DNA of 7,446 nt from a virus (taxonomy: Duplodnaviria > Heunggongvirae > Uroviricota > Caudoviricetes). Made by a program: the position numbers and the translations under genes. The notes under the pieces were generated by a model. It was not told the DNA's origin. It saw only the letters and a program-made list of their open reading frames with translations, and searched no databases. Below are positions 5,869 to 7,446 of this stretch, piece by piece. Numbering within the stretch: the stretch's first letter is position 1; every line of letters starts with the position of its first letter. The stretch lies in the IMG/VR virus record IMGVR_UViG_2698536435_000009; one strand, 5' to 3'.

Positions 5869-6020
5869 ACCATGAAGAAAGGCGTGATGTATGAAAAATC
5901 AGGCCATGTAATCACGGGGCTTGGTATTATCGGTGAAGTCGATGGTGATGATCCGGCAGTATTCAGACCAATACAAAAGTTAATTAACGGAACATGGTAT
6001 AACGTATCGCAGGTATAATC

Positions 6021-6554
6021 ATGCAGCATTTAAAAAACATTGTCGCAGGTAATCCAAAAACCGTTGAACAATACCAGCTAACAAAGAATTTTGATGTTAT
6101 CTGGTTATGGTCCGAAGATGGAAAAAATTGGCATGAGGAATTAAAAAACTTTCAGGAGGATACAATAAAACTGGCTTACACAGTTGAGGGAATAATTATT
6201 GCTATAGACAAGGATGTATCAGCAATTAATCCAGAAGGTTTAAGTGTCGTTGAGTTGCCTGATATTACAGCAAATCGCCGGGCTGATATTTCGGGCAACT
6301 GGATGTTCAAAGATGGTGCGGTGATAAAGCGAACTTATACCGAGGAAGAGCAAAGGCAACAAGCGGAAAATGAAAAGCAGAGCCTGCTGCAGCTCGTCAG
6401 GGATAAAACCCAGCTGTGGGACTCTCAGCTACAGCTGGGCATCATTTCCGATGAGAATAAACAAAAATTAACCGAGTGGATGCTCTATGCGCAGAAGGTT
6501 GAATCCACAGACACCTCCAGCCTGCCAGTAACGTTTCCCGAACAACCAGAATGA
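6021..6554 (+). CDS. Tail fibre assembly protein (Tfa), 177 aa
   Basis: ORF track 6021..6554. ATG follows 2 nt after the TAA of the upstream tail-fibre frame. It is paralogous to the minus-strand Tfa ([22 protein letters not shown] versus [21 protein letters not shown]) and ends with the conserved PEQPE-type terminus. Confidence 0.85.
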   Translation: MQHLKNIVAGNPKTVEQYQLTKNFDVIWLWSEDGKNWHEELKNFQEDTIKLAYTVEGIIIAIDKDVSAINPEGLSVVELPDITANRRADISGNWMFKDGAVIKRTYTEEEQRQQAENEKQSLLQLVRDKTQLWDSQLQLGIISDENKQKLTEWMLYAQKVESTDTSSLPVTFPEQPE

Positions 6555-6557
6555 GAG

Positions 6558-6587
6558 AAGGCCCGCTATCGGGCCTTAATTTTTATT
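6558..6587. terminator. Bidirectional intrinsic terminator between the convergent tfa genes
   Basis: Perfect 8-bp stem AAGGCCCG, CTAT loop, CGGGCCTT (6558-6577), followed by AATTTTTATT on the plus strand, with a T-rich stretch on the other side for the minus strand. Confidence 0.55.
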
Positions 6588-7110
6588 CAGGCTTTTGTGG
6601 CCATTCAGGATTTGCCGTATCCACACGGCTGACCAGAACACTGTAGCGTTCCCATGCTTCCAGTCGTGTGCGTTCCTCGTCTGTTGCCATATTCAGCCTG
6701 ACAGCTCGTTCCAGCGGCTGGATGACTGATTCAGCTTCGGAAAGCAATGCGGCCTTTTGTGATTCGGCCTGTTGTTGCAGTTCCTGTTCTGTATATTCCC
6801 TCTTTACTACTTTACCATCCAGAAACATCCATTTTCCGTTATTGTCTGCGTGACGATTTGCCGTAATATCAGGAACTTCAACTATGCTTAGCCCTTCAGG
6901 ATTAATAGTTGAAACGTCTTTACTGACAGCAACGATGATGTTGTTCTCATCGTAAGCAATTTTTATGGTGTCTGGCTGAAAATTCTTTTGTTCCTCATAC
7001 CAGTTTTTGCCATCTTCGCAAAAGAGCCATACCACGCCCGCTTTTTTAGTTAGCTGGTATTGTTCCGGTGTTTTCGGATTCCCGGCCTTAATATTTTTCA
7101 GGTGCATCAT
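6583..7110 (-). CDS. Tail fibre assembly protein (Tfa), inverted paralogue, about 175 aa
   Basis: ORF track 6583..7146. The preferred start is ATG 7108-7110 ([11 protein letters not shown]) with GGGGAG 8 nt upstream, sitting 1 nt after the TAA of the tail-fibre gene. The C-terminus is [13 protein letters not shown]. Confidence 0.85.
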   Translation of the reverse strand: MMHLKNIKAGNPKTPEQYQLTKKAGVVWLFCEDGKNWYEEQKNFQPDTIKIAYDENNIIVAVSKDVSTINPEGLSIVEVPDITANRHADNNGKWMFLDGKVVKREYTEQELQQQAESQKAALLSEAESVIQPLERAVRLNMATDEERTRLEAWERYSVLVSRVDTANPEWPQKPE

Positions 7111-7111
7111 C

Positions 7112-7446
7112 TTAAACACTCCCCACGTTGTACCATATTCCCCCAATCAATTTCTGAATTGGCCTTCTGGCAACAGTGTCGACAATATCATCCGCATTGC
7201 TGTTAATTGCGGCTGTTAAAACATAACCTGACGCATCGCCAAAGCCGTAGTCGCGCCATACGTTTTTATATTCAATGCTGCCAAGACGAATATCCCGAAC
7301 GACATGATTATGCAGCCATGTGCTTAACCAGTTGTTTTCCCACACTGAACCATAAATATCGCCACTAGACGCAACTTGCGCACCACTTCCCAGCGCAAAT
7401 TGAGGTAGCCTGAGTTTAACGGACACTCCTTCCTGAAATAGAATGG
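7112..7446 (-). CDS. Tail fibre protein variable C-terminal segment (expressed orientation), partial, continuing beyond the right edge of the window
   Basis: ORF track 7112..7426 is only GTG-delimited, and the frame stays open to position 7446. The C-terminus ...[63 protein letters not shown] is homologous to the plus-strand silent copy but is not interrupted. Confidence 0.75.
   Translation of the reverse strand, partial: ILFQEGVSVKLRLPQFALGSGAQVASSGDIYGSVWENNWLSTWLHNHVVRDIRLGSIEYKNVWRDYGFGDASGYVLTAAINSNADDIVDTVARRPIQKLIGGIWYNVGSV

Noticed and set aside
6668-7219. ORF track plus-strand ORFs 6668..6853 and 7007..7219
   Set aside because: Antisense shadows of the minus-strand Tfa and tail-fibre genes.

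Overview
This window reads as a decayed enterobacterial (E. coli/Shigella-like) prophage tail-fibre host-range region. Left to right: an AT-rich promoter region and a roughly 235-nt structured leader ahead of a Rha-family phage regulator gene (627-1184); a reiterated unit made of a short tail-fibre-assembly-like gene on the minus strand and a divergently transcribed class I SAM-dependent methyltransferase gene, present in three copies of decreasing completeness (A 1548-2373, B 3654-4648, C 4656-4797); an IS110-family insertion sequence (about 2374-3653, DEDD-type transposase on the minus strand) between copies A and B that truncates the first methyltransferase copy; a degraded Pin/Gin-type serine invertase gene (4799-5029, minus strand) fused in frame to tfa fragment C; a gix/pix-like 26-bp crossover site (5084-5109); and an invertible tail-fibre segment holding a silent variable tail-fibre C-terminal segment plus Tfa on the plus strand (5092-6554) and the inverted paralogous Tfa plus tail-fibre C-terminus on the minus strand (6583-7446, running off the window). 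Several independent in-frame stop codons (two at Dcm CCAGG sites, one in the silent tail-fibre copy, two in the invertase remnant) point to an inactivated, decaying switch. I found no CRISPR array, rRNA or tRNA. No similarity search was possible: every family assignment rests on motifs I recognise by eye and on paralogue comparisons within the window.
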